A DNA stretch of 64,000 bases from Nitrospirota bacterium (GTDB lineage Bacteria; Nitrospirota; Thermodesulfovibrionia; Thermodesulfovibrionales; Dissulfurispiraceae). The stretch spans positions 889,665 through 953,664 of the forward strand of contig CAWAEO010000002.1 of assembly GCA_963780885.1 (NCBI GenBank). The letters are read 5' to 3'. The notes under the pieces are model-generated. The model ran no database searches. It was not told the origin of the DNA and saw nothing but the letters and a program-made list of their open reading frames with translations. The translations under genes and the position numbers were made by a program. Positions 6,659 through 15,278 of this stretch are shown here, piece after piece; positions within the stretch are counted from its first letter, which is position 1; each line of letters begins with the position of its first letter.

Positions 6659-9053
6659 GTCGCTGCTTTTAATGTTGTTGGCGGTCATCGGCGCCGTCGT
6701 TATGCCGGTTGCCGCTGAGGAGCATGCACCGGGCCCGCAACTGCTGGAAACAAAACATCAGCCCAAAATTCTCTCAGAACAATTCGCAGATCGACTGGGA
6801 CCTCTACAGGATATTGTCGAAAGGGAACTGCGCCAACACGAGCTCCCCGGCGCGGTTGTAGTTGCGGGAACACCTGAAGGAGTTGTTTACCGCCGCGCCT
6901 TCGGATACCGTTCCCTTGAGCCCAGACAGTTGCCTATGACCGTTGATACCATTTTTGATCTTGCATCCCTTACCAAGGTTGTCGCAACCACAACTGCGAT
7001 AATGCAGTTGGCTGAAAAAGGTAAGCTGCGTCTCGATGCTCCGGCTGCCAGGTATTGGCCGGGATTAAAGGCAAATGGCAAAAAAGACATTACTGTTCGT
7101 CAGTTGCTGACCCATTATTCCGGACTCAGACCCGACCTGGACCTGAAGCCGGGGTGGTCCGGCTACAAGGCCGCTATGCGCATGATTGTTCGGGAGAAGC
7201 CGGTTTGCCGTCCGGGTACATGTTTTATTTATAGTGACATCAATTTCGAAATTCTGGGTGACATCGTGCGGAGGGTTTCGGGAAAGCCGCTTAATGTATA
7301 TTGTTCAAAAAATATTTTTAAACCTCTCGGCATGTCCGATACGCTCTTTAACCCGTCACGGCGCTTGCGTGACCGAATAGCTCCGACCCAGTATTATGAG
7401 GGGAATATGCGCTGCGGTACGGTCCATGACCCTGCGTGCCTGAAGATGGGCGGCATGGCGGGCCATGCCGGACTTTTCTCCACTGCTGATGACCTGTCCC
7501 GTTTTGCCCTGATGCTCCTTAATGGGGGCAGAATTGGCCATGTGCGAATTCTGAAAGCTGCTACGGTTGAGACAATGACAACCCCTCAGTCACCGCCGGG
7601 CAAGGGGTCGCTGAGGGGCTTGGGATGGGATATCGGGCCTCCCCTCGCATCGAACCGCGATGAACTGCCTCCGGTAGGATCTTATGGGCACCTGGGCTAT
7701 ACGGGGACCGCGCTCTGGATCGATCCTGTTTCAAAAGTATATGTAATCGTGCTTACCAACCGGGTACACCCTGACGGCAATGGAGACGTAAAGGCGTTGA
7801 GGGCCGATATTAAGGCCCTTGTTGCCGATGCTATAGGGACCGTTTCCCCGGAGCAGATCATGACCGGGCAGCCGTTGCTGACCCGCTACTTTAATTTGCC
7901 GGATACTATTGCCTCGTTGAGCGAAGGCAGGGTATTGACAGGAATAGACGTGCTTGGCGAAGAAAATTTTTCATCCCTCCTGGGAAAGCGTGTGGGACTT
8001 ATCACCAATCATACGGGCCTGGATGCGGGGGGGAGGAGCACTCTCGACCTTTTTTACAGAGCTCCCGGAGTGCGGCTCGCTGCCGTGTTCAGCCCTGAAC
8101 ACGGGCTATCCGGCAAAGTTGATGAGAAAGTCGGTTCTTTCAGGGAGCCGAGAACAGGACTGCCTGTTTACAGTCTTTACGGTGAGGTAAGAAGGCCGAC
8201 CGACCGCATGCTCAATGGGTTGGATGCTCTGGTGTTTGATATCCAGGATGCCGGCGTCCGCTTTTATACCTACATCAGTACTATGGGATATGCTATGGAG
8301 GCCGCTGCGCAAAAAGGGATCGATTTTTATGTCCTTGACCGTCCTGACCCGATCAATAGCTCACTGGTGCAGGGGCCGGTTATGGACAGTAACCTGGCAT
8401 GTTTCACCGGCTACTTCCCGATGCCGGTGCGGTACGGTATGACTGTCGGCGAACTGGCAGAAATGTTTAACAATGAATATAAGATCGGCGCGAAGCTGCA
8501 CGTCATAAAGATGCAGGGGTATCGGCGCACCGATTGGTACGATGAGACCGGACTCAAATGGGTCAATCCATCCCCTAACATACGCAGTCTTACTGAAGCC
8601 ATCCTATATCCGGGCGTGGCAATGGTCGAGGGTGCCAACGTAAGCGTGGGCAGAGGGACCAGGACGCCTTTTGAGCTTCTCGGGGCCCCGTGGATAGATG
8701 CCGGCAGGTTAGTCCAATATTTAAACAACCGTAGAATTGCCGGTGTTCGATTCACGCCTGTCGATTTTATACCGGACAACGATATATATAAGAACAAAAT
8801 ATGCCATGGAATGAAGATTATGCTTATAGACCGCCGTGTACTTGACCCGGCTGTCATGGGAGTGGAGATCGTAGGCGCACTCTACCGGCTCTATCCGCGG
8901 GATTTCCAGCTTGATAACACATTGGGACTTATCGGCGCCCGGAATGTGCTGCAGGCCATAAAGCAAGGCAAGGACCCCCAATCCGTTGCGCTGCTTTGGC
9001 AGAGTCCGCTGGAACAATTCCTTAAACTGAGAGCCAAATACCTGCTGTATTAA
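6645..9053 (+). CDS. Fusion of a beta-lactamase-fold serine hydrolase with a DUF1343/NamZ-type exo-beta-N-acetylmuramidase domain
   Basis: 802 aa. The N-terminal half carries S-x-x-K (LASLTKVV), YSD/YSN-like YSDINF, and HLGYTG (KTG-like). The C-terminal half carries GKRVGLITNHTG, FSPEHG, VFDIQDAGVRFYTYIS, LDRPDP and GRGTRTPFE. Confidence 0.85.
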   Translation: MVRGKSLLLMLLAVIGAVVMPVAAEEHAPGPQLLETKHQPKILSEQFADRLGPLQDIVERELRQHELPGAVVVAGTPEGVVYRRAFGYRSLEPRQLPMTVDTIFDLASLTKVVATTTAIMQLAEKGKLRLDAPAARYWPGLKANGKKDITVRQLLTHYSGLRPDLDLKPGWSGYKAAMRMIVREKPVCRPGTCFIYSDINFEILGDIVRRVSGKPLNVYCSKNIFKPLGMSDTLFNPSRRLRDRIAPTQYYEGNMRCGTVHDPACLKMGGMAGHAGLFSTADDLSRFALMLLNGGRIGHVRILKAATVETMTTPQSPPGKGSLRGLGWDIGPPLASNRDELPPVGSYGHLGYTGTALWIDPVSKVYVIVLTNRVHPDGNGDVKALRADIKALVADAIGTVSPEQIMTGQPLLTRYFNLPDTIASLSEGRVLTGIDVLGEENFSSLLGKRVGLITNHTGLDAGGRSTLDLFYRAPGVRLAAVFSPEHGLSGKVDEKVGSFREPRTGLPVYSLYGEVRRPTDRMLNGLDALVFDIQDAGVRFYTYISTMGYAMEAAAQKGIDFYVLDRPDPINSSLVQGPVMDSNLACFTGYFPMPVRYGMTVGELAEMFNNEYKIGAKLHVIKMQGYRRTDWYDETGLKWVNPSPNIRSLTEAILYPGVAMVEGANVSVGRGTRTPFELLGAPWIDAGRLVQYLNNRRIAGVRFTPVDFIPDNDIYKNKICHGMKIMLIDRRVLDPAVMGVEIVGALYRLYPRDFQLDNTLGLIGARNVLQAIKQGKDPQSVALLWQSPLEQFLKLRAKYLLY

Positions 9054-9056
9054 TAA

Positions 9057-9224
9057 TTACTCAGCAATTATTGTCCTGTTTTTAATTACCGCCCATTTAA
9101 CATCAACGGACAGTTTGTTCGCCAAATGCTCCGCCAATACTCTTTCCGGCGTCTTTACCGTGTCAGGAATATTTACATCGAAAACCAGCTTGACCGTCAC
9201 CGTGACTTCTTTCCCCTCGCCCAT
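9057..9224 (-). CDS. Hypothetical 55-aa protein
   Basis: An internal ATG at 9224 is preceded by gggagg. There is no recognisable family. Confidence 0.35.
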   Translation of the reverse strand: MGEGKEVTVTVKLVFDVNIPDTVKTPERVLAEHLANKLSVDVKWAVIKNRTIIAE

Positions 9225-9315
9225 TCCTGCCTCCCATGTATCATTGAATAACAGAAATATAAAACACCTGGGATATTCACCGCAAGAGCCGAGCACTCAA
9301 CTCTAATTAACCCTC

Positions 9316-9468
9316 AAACCACAGAGGACACAGAGAAACTCATGGATTTAAGAAGACATAACATCAGATAAGGCCTTCATCTCTGTGCACTCTCCAGTGA
9401 AAGTTAAGTTTTGTCTCTTTTTCTCCGAGGCCTTGAGAGCACAGAGAAAACTCTGTGGTCTCTGTGGT
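9316..9468. repeat. MITE-like palindromic element, copy A (153 bp)
   Basis: The TIRs are aaccacagaggacacagag (9316-9334) and ctctgtggtctctgtggtt (9450-9468). The internal motifs tctgtgcactctc and gcacagagaaaa are shared with copy B. Confidence 0.8.
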
Positions 9469-9574
9469 TCGCTGTTTTAGGTGGTGGATTCTGCTTGAGC
9501 GCTTGGTTGTCAAACCGGGCAGGTTTGAATTAGAATTACGAGTGCTCATATGCGGCAGAAAAGGGAGGCGCTGA

Positions 9575-10621
9575 ATGTCCAAGATCAAATTTGAAACCAT
9601 TACATCTGATTTCAGGATACTGAACCCGTTTAAGAATTTTGCCGAAGAATCTCATCTGGTTGAAGTGAGAAGGGACCCCCTCCTCGGCGATACGAGTGTT
9701 TATAATCCCGTTTTCAAAAATAAGGCGAAATCTTTTTTTGGCGAGTGCGATGCCGAGCTCGTAAGAACATTGGCTGAGGCAAGCGCAAAGGGCTGCATAT
9801 TTTGCGGTGAAAATGTCGGTAAGGTAACGGCGAAATACCCGCCTGACCTGGTCCCGGATGGACGTATACGAGTGGGCGAGGCGGTGCTGTTTGCAAATCT
9901 CTATGCCTCCGGACAATACCATCCTGTTATTTCTCTAAGCAGCGCCCATTTTCTGAAGCTTTCCGAATTCACTCCTGAACTGATCGGGAATGGTCTCATG
10001 GCGGCGCAGAAATTCCTGGACCTGGTATACGTCAAGGACCCGTCGGCAGCATACTCGGTAGTCAGCGCAAATTATCTGTTTCCAGCAGGGGCCTCTTTAG
10101 TCCATCCCCACCTCCAGATGCTAGTTACGCCCGTCGCCTATTCATATCACGAAAGGCTTATCGATTCAAGCCTCGATTATTATCAGAAAAATACTTCGTC
10201 GTATTATTCTGATTTAATCGAAGAAGAAAAGAAAAACTGCTCGCGATACATAGAACAAAGAGGGGCATGGCACTGGCTTACACCCTTCTCCCCGATGGGC
10301 AGTAATGAGGTTATGGCCGTGCATGAAAGAGAGTGCGATTTCAGGATGCTTTCAGAAGCGGACTTACGTGATCTTTCCGGTGGTATTTCCAGGGTGCTCG
10401 CATTTTACGAAAGCCTGGGCCATCTGAGCTTCAACTTTTCACTGTTTGCCGCAGCTGAATCTTCAAAGCAGGGTTTCCATTGCCTGCTAAAAATGATCAC
10501 CAGGCAGAACCTTTATCCCAATTACAGGAATGATGATTATTTTCTCCAAAAAATGCTCCATTCTGAATTGATCATAAATACGCCTGAGGATTTGGCCCTG
10601 AAGATAAGGTCTCTCGAATAA
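9575..10621 (+). CDS. GalT-like HIT-superfamily nucleotidyltransferase (galactose-1-phosphate uridylyltransferase-like)
   Basis: 348 aa. Contains a Cys motif GCIFCGEN and the HIT-like histidine motif VHPHLQM. It has a two-half-barrel length. Confidence 0.6.
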   Translation: MSKIKFETITSDFRILNPFKNFAEESHLVEVRRDPLLGDTSVYNPVFKNKAKSFFGECDAELVRTLAEASAKGCIFCGENVGKVTAKYPPDLVPDGRIRVGEAVLFANLYASGQYHPVISLSSAHFLKLSEFTPELIGNGLMAAQKFLDLVYVKDPSAAYSVVSANYLFPAGASLVHPHLQMLVTPVAYSYHERLIDSSLDYYQKNTSSYYSDLIEEEKKNCSRYIEQRGAWHWLTPFSPMGSNEVMAVHERECDFRMLSEADLRDLSGGISRVLAFYESLGHLSFNFSLFAAAESSKQGFHCLLKMITRQNLYPNYRNDDYFLQKMLHSELIINTPEDLALKIRSLE

Positions 10622-10625
10622 ATTC

Positions 10626-11777
10626 TCATTGCATTTTCCTGATTTTTCCGCCTTTTAAAATCAGGTAGCGACCACCTCTCCAAAGCACTGCCGATCCTAA
10701 AAGACTCCAGATCCAGATGCCGAAGCCCAGTATATCTTTGACCGGCAGGAGGATAAGCCACCGGAGCCATTTTTTAGAACGTATGACGTTCTTACAGATC
10801 ACAAGGGCGAGGCACACTCTCAGACCTATAGCAGCGCAAAGAGCAGTTAATGAAACGATGTCAGGCCCTTGCAGGATAAATAGCAGGCAGGAAATGGGGA
10901 ATACGTAGGTAATGCCGTACCCAATGAAGCCCTTCGGCCTGCAGGCCCTATAGGTGCGGGCCCATCGCATCTGATGCTTCAGGTGCCCGGCTATGCTCAT
11001 TGCACCCGCCCTGTCCTCGAGTACATACCTGGAAAGGATGATCTTATATCCTTTCTGCCATAGCCTGTTGCCGATCTGGTAATCGTCAGCCAGGTAATCG
11101 GCAATAGCTTCAAATCCGCCTATTGCCTTAAGCGCCTCCCGCGAAAAAAGCATCGAAGCGCCTAATCCGAAAGTGACTCCCTCAAGCCGCCTTGCCACCA
11201 GCACAGAGGGGATGAGATCGAGGCCTATCGTAAGGGATTCAAAGGCAGCTCCCGCAGATGCCGGATCGGAAATTTTGTAAAGTGAGGTTACGAGGCCGGT
11301 ATTTTCCCCGCTGAAGTACTCCCCGGCAATGTGCTTTAAATAGGAACCGTCCACTCTCATGTCGCTGTCGCTCACGGCAAACAGAGGATAGCGCGCAGCT
11401 TCCGCCAGCCCATAGAGATTTGACACTTTGCGGTTCGTGCCAAGGCTTCTTTCGCTCACTATAATTTTTACGGCAGATTGTCGTTGCAATTTCTCAGTTA
11501 CGCTGAGCGCTTCATCCTTCGGATCGGTAACTCCCAGAAGAACTTCATATTCAGGATAGTCCTGCTCGCAGAAGCTCTGAATGTTTTCATATAATTCAGG
11601 GTCCTTGCCGCTCAGCGGCTTAAGGATCGAAATCGGAGCTATCGGAGCCGGGGGAATATCTTTCAGCGCCGGCTTCCCCGCCCGGAAGAACTCAATGACG
11701 CAAAAAAGGGCAAACAGACTATAGATGCCGGATGAGATGACCAGTAACAGCGGTATAACAGTGATATTTTGAGTCAT
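10626..11777 (-). CDS. Membrane glycosyltransferase, GT2/GT21 (ceramide-glucosyltransferase/HpnI-like)
   Basis: 383 aa. It has an N-terminal TM and ISILKPLSGKDPELYENIQSFCEQDYPEYEVLLGV. The D-x-D-like motif is VSDSDM, followed by QMRWARTYR (Q/RxxRW) and C-terminal TMs. Confidence 0.75.
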   Translation of the reverse strand: MTQNITVIPLLLVISSGIYSLFALFCVIEFFRAGKPALKDIPPAPIAPISILKPLSGKDPELYENIQSFCEQDYPEYEVLLGVTDPKDEALSVTEKLQRQSAVKIIVSERSLGTNRKVSNLYGLAEAARYPLFAVSDSDMRVDGSYLKHIAGEYFSGENTGLVTSLYKISDPASAGAAFESLTIGLDLIPSVLVARRLEGVTFGLGASMLFSREALKAIGGFEAIADYLADDYQIGNRLWQKGYKIILSRYVLEDRAGAMSIAGHLKHQMRWARTYRACRPKGFIGYGITYVFPISCLLFILQGPDIVSLTALCAAIGLRVCLALVICKNVIRSKKWLRWLILLPVKDILGFGIWIWSLLGSAVLWRGGRYLILKGGKIRKMQ

Positions 11778-11793
11778 CCGGAATCCACCGCCA

Positions 11794-11948
11794 AACCACA
11801 GAGATCACAGAGGAATTCATTAGTTTGATAAATAAAACCATCTAAATACTTCTTGAACTCTGTGCACTCTCTGATAAAAAAAAATTTTGTTGGTTCTTGC
11901 TTTAATGCTTTGAGTACACAGAGAAAAACCTCCGTGTACTCCGTGGTT
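11794..11948. repeat. MITE-like palindromic element, copy B (155 bp)
   Basis: aaccacagagatcacagag ... tctgtgcactctc ... tacacagagaaaa ... ctccgtgtactccgtggtt. It has the same orientation and architecture as 9316..9468. Confidence 0.8.
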
Positions 11949-12046
11949 GCCATCTTTTGATGGTGAGTTGCAGTCATGGTATACTTGATAACATTAATTT
12001 GATTGATTTATAAGCCTTTTATAGCAAAAATCCTATCAGCAAAGTA

Positions 12047-13432
12047 TCAGCGATCGTCGCCTTGTGATTCTTTTTCCAGCGGCACAACTTTTCCAACTTC
12101 ACGCCTTAAGTAATCAACTATTTTCAGTTTTGCGTATTTTCGTGTCATCTTGCTATCTGCGTGTCCCCACCACTGCTGCATCACCTCAACAGGTAATCCT
12201 TTGTTGACAAGTTGAGTGCCGAAAGAGTGTTTAACAAATTCGTACATAGTTATTTTCAGGCTGTTGTTAGTGGCCTTATTGAAACGCGCTAATCCTCTAG
12301 CAAAAGCACGTGAAAGCGTACAGTAGTTGTAAGGGGCACTGTTAAACTTAAAAACATAATCCAAATCAAAAGACCTCGCAGGCAGCACCGCGAGGGTTTC
12401 AGGCAATAAAGGGTTGTGAATTATCTCTCCCGTTTTTGTGCGCTCACTAAAGGTGTTAAGAGAAAAGCAACTTCGGTAGGTCACCATCATATTTATCAGG
12501 TCTACACATTCCCACTTTAAAGCCCTGGCCTCACACGGACGGCAACCCTGATAAACCATGTACAAGAATATGGGCTGATGTTCCTTTTCAATATATAGTA
12601 GTATGGACTCTTGCACATCCCTTGAGACAGTAACAGGTTCACGCTCAGGAATAACCTCAAGCTTCGGGAAAACAGGTCCGGGTGGAAGAAGTATTCTTTC
12701 GTCTTCAATTAGCCATTTAAAAAAACCACCGAGGTATACCATTTTGACATTCTTTGTAGATGTAGCTCCTCGAAGTGACTGATAGAAGTCCTTTGTATTA
12801 TGAATTTCCCTAACGTCCTTATTACCATAGAATGCAACAAACTGACGGCACTTACTAGCAAGCCCTGTTTTGGTAAATGTCTTTAATCGTGGCTGTTTCT
12901 CTTGTTCCCATCTTGCTATTAATCGGTCAAACTCAAATTCAATTGCTTTTTTGGCTACCCAAACATCAATGTTAAACTTGCCAGGTACGCTCTTCTGTGC
13001 CATGGCAAGGTCATAAAGCGACTGTGCCATATAGTGATTAGTGATCTTCTTACCCTCAAGTGTGGTGGTACGGGCAACTCGTTTACCCTCATCATTAAAA
13101 TAAACAGTGAACCGATCAGGTATCCGATTGAAGTGATTAGGACAGTGATAATACTTATTTTCAGCGTCCCATTTAAAACGCGAGCCACAGTCTTTGCACT
13201 TCCCGTCCGCTTGTATCCCCTTTGACACGGGTGTATACCCTCCACTACAGAATGGAGGAATTATAACCCGTTCAGTTATTCCAGTCAAATCCCCAGTCTC
13301 AACGAGTCGACCTGCTATATTTTTCGGCAGGTGATTGCCTGGACGGGAAGTATTATGTTTGTTTTCCACAATATATATTAGATTTTGATCGACTTGTTTC
13401 GTTGCGTCGTACCGTATTAGGGGAAATTTCAT
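12047..13432 (-). CDS. Tyrosine site-specific recombinase (phage-integrase family) with an N-terminal Cys-rich segment
   Basis: 461 aa. Contains CRPCEARALKWECVDL (Arg-I region), HSFGTQLVNKG and GHADSKMTRKY (the His/Tyr end). The N-terminal region has CKDCGSRF...YHCPNH. Confidence 0.8.
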   Translation of the reverse strand: MKFPLIRYDATKQVDQNLIYIVENKHNTSRPGNHLPKNIAGRLVETGDLTGITERVIIPPFCSGGYTPVSKGIQADGKCKDCGSRFKWDAENKYYHCPNHFNRIPDRFTVYFNDEGKRVARTTTLEGKKITNHYMAQSLYDLAMAQKSVPGKFNIDVWVAKKAIEFEFDRLIARWEQEKQPRLKTFTKTGLASKCRQFVAFYGNKDVREIHNTKDFYQSLRGATSTKNVKMVYLGGFFKWLIEDERILLPPGPVFPKLEVIPEREPVTVSRDVQESILLYIEKEHQPIFLYMVYQGCRPCEARALKWECVDLINMMVTYRSCFSLNTFSERTKTGEIIHNPLLPETLAVLPARSFDLDYVFKFNSAPYNYCTLSRAFARGLARFNKATNNSLKITMYEFVKHSFGTQLVNKGLPVEVMQQWWGHADSKMTRKYAKLKIVDYLRREVGKVVPLEKESQGDDR

Positions 13433-13572
13433 TTAATCGTATTTTACTGATTGGCTTTGTTAGATTTCTTTCCGATTGTATATTGTGTCGATCCTCAGGG
13501 GCGAGCAATTATCCCTCTACGTAAGCGCTCCACGGAATATGTCAATGACTTTGAGACACCCCTCGTCCACAT

Positions 13573-14589
13573 TTAGTGTATTTCCTCTTCAGGAACTGGT
13601 GCTGCCTTTGGCTTGTTAATCCATACGGCCTCAGGAAGTATCGGCGGCACAGGGATTTTTTTAACAAATCTCTCAGGATGTGCTTCATATGCAACGCGCA
13701 GAACTTCACCCCTGGCTATCTGTATTTCTTGTGCAAGGCCGTAATGTACAGCTTCCGGCGTATGCAGGCCGATGCCGGTATGTCGATGCTCTTTGTTGTA
13801 CCAAGGAAAGAAATCCTGGCAGAAGCTCCGAGAGTCTTCGATGCTACCAAACCGCTCAGGAAAGTCCGGCCGATATTTAAGTGTCTTAAACTGGGACTCT
13901 GAATAGGGGTTGTCATCGCTCGTATGCGGTCTGCTGTGGGTCTTCGTGATCCCAAGGTCGGCCAGGAGTAATGCTACAGGTTTGGATTTCATTGATGAAC
14001 CCCTGTCGGCATGAATCGTGAGCTGATCTCTCCCGATATTCTGCTTTGAACAGGTTTCTCCAATGAGCCTCTCTGCCAATACCGCCGATTCTGCAGGGGC
14101 TATCATCCAGCCGACAATATAGCGGCTGAAGATGTCCATGATCACATACAGGTAAAAGTATGTCCACTTTACCGGACCGAGAAGTTTCGTGATATCCCAG
14201 GACCAAACTTGGTTCGGGGCTGTAGCCAAAAGCTCTGGCTTGCTATACACCGGGTGACGCAACTGGTTTCTGCGCTCCTTGACCTCCTTGTTCTTATCGA
14301 GGATGCGATACATTGTCCGTATCGAGCAATGGTATTGGCCCTCGTCCAAAAGAGTTGCATAAACCTCATAGGGTGCCTTGTCCACAAATCTGTCGGTGTG
14401 GAGGATATCAAGTACTCCCTGCCGTTCCTCGGAAGACAGTGAACGAGGCGAGTTCCGATCCTGCACAGGCTCAACAAAGTGGGCATCTTTGCGTGCCTGT
14501 GTGCGGTAAAACCCGGCACGCGCAACATCAAGCGCTTCACATGCATGCTTGATCCCAACTTCAGAGGAAAGGGTCACTGCAGCTTCCAT
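13573..14589 (-). CDS. IS3-family transposase OrfB (DDE)
   Basis: 338 aa. Contains VWSWDITKL...IHADRGSSMKS...SESQFKTLKY and YNKEHRHTGIGL. Confidence 0.92.
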   Translation of the reverse strand: MEAAVTLSSEVGIKHACEALDVARAGFYRTQARKDAHFVEPVQDRNSPRSLSSEERQGVLDILHTDRFVDKAPYEVYATLLDEGQYHCSIRTMYRILDKNKEVKERRNQLRHPVYSKPELLATAPNQVWSWDITKLLGPVKWTYFYLYVIMDIFSRYIVGWMIAPAESAVLAERLIGETCSKQNIGRDQLTIHADRGSSMKSKPVALLLADLGITKTHSRPHTSDDNPYSESQFKTLKYRPDFPERFGSIEDSRSFCQDFFPWYNKEHRHTGIGLHTPEAVHYGLAQEIQIARGEVLRVAYEAHPERFVKKIPVPPILPEAVWINKPKAAPVPEEEIH

Positions 14590-15035
14590 CAGTCGGTCTC
14601 TCCTCCTTCGGGGATCGCAAGCGGGATTCCCAGTATCTCGGATACTTTTTTTTGGATATCTATTATGATCTCTGCCTGTCTAAGACGTTTGATAATCAGT
14701 TCATTGTCCCTGCGGAGCTTCTCATTTTCCGCAATAAGTGGATTGCGAACTGCTTCCTTGCGGCCTCGCTTCTTGGGCTTCAGGGCTGACAGGACTCCAC
14801 GCTCTCTTTGGGTGCGCCACGCATTGAGGTTCGAGGCATACAGTCCCTCACGGCGTAGCAGCGTTCCCATACTTCCGCGTCCCGTGCATGCATCGGCAAG
14901 GGTGAGGATACGCAGTTTGTATTCGGCAGTGAACCTCCGCCTGACTGCCTTATCCGGCACCTCTGGGTTCGGATGGGCTACCGTCAACTTGGCTCCCTCC
15001 ATTGTCTGTGTTTTATTGACCTTTGCAGCTATCAT
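14589..15035 (-). CDS. IS3-family transposase OrfA
   Basis: 148 aa. Contains RRRFTAEYKLRIL and a coiled-coil tail. TGATG stop/start overlap with orfB. Confidence 0.9.
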   Translation of the reverse strand: MIAAKVNKTQTMEGAKLTVAHPNPEVPDKAVRRRFTAEYKLRILTLADACTGRGSMGTLLRREGLYASNLNAWRTQRERGVLSALKPKKRGRKEAVRNPLIAENEKLRRDNELIIKRLRQAEIIIDIQKKVSEILGIPLAIPEGGETD

Positions 15036-15278
15036 TATGATTTTTCCTCCCCGGCCTTCTACTCTAATTTAGCATAAGGGAGGTGTCTCACTTATATTGA
15101 CACAGAGGGCCATCTGCAAAGTCTACTTTCACGGTTAGAGAAAGTTTCGATCCTGTAAAAAAAATGTGAAATTTTGGATAGACAGTTTTGTCGTCTCCAT
15201 TTCTTGACCCTAGTAAAAGAACCGACCATCTACATATAAGATAGCCGGTTCTCTGACCCCAAATATTATTTCTAATTT

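Larger units (their letters stand above)
13533..15109 (-). mobile_element. IS3-family insertion sequence, copy 1 (1577 bp) with a 3-bp CCA target duplication
   Basis: It is near-identical to 61445..63021 in inverted orientation. Identity stops exactly at cggaatatgtcaatgac... (13533) and ...ttgacacagaggg (15109). The flanking cca at 13530-13532 recurs at 15110-15112. Confidence 0.92.

Noticed and set aside
5864-8857. Antisense ORFs inside the glycosidase and NamZ-fusion genes (5864..6271, 8411..8857 and others)
   Set aside because: They are fully embedded opposite strongly supported genes and have no motifs. This is typical shadow-ORF behaviour in coding DNA.
9316-11948. CACAGAG-rich repeats as a CRISPR array
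   Set aside because: There are only two copies, 2.3 kb apart and separated by genes. Each has terminal inverted repeats. There is no regular repeat-spacer periodicity and no cas genes anywhere in the window.
14479-15072. A 197-aa ORF (and its twin at 61482..62075) plus many 60-130-aa ORFs overlapping the IS3 transposase genes
   Set aside because: They are antisense or out of frame to clearly recognisable OrfA/OrfB. They are Ser/Arg/Leu/Pro-rich with no motifs. They recur only because the IS is duplicated.
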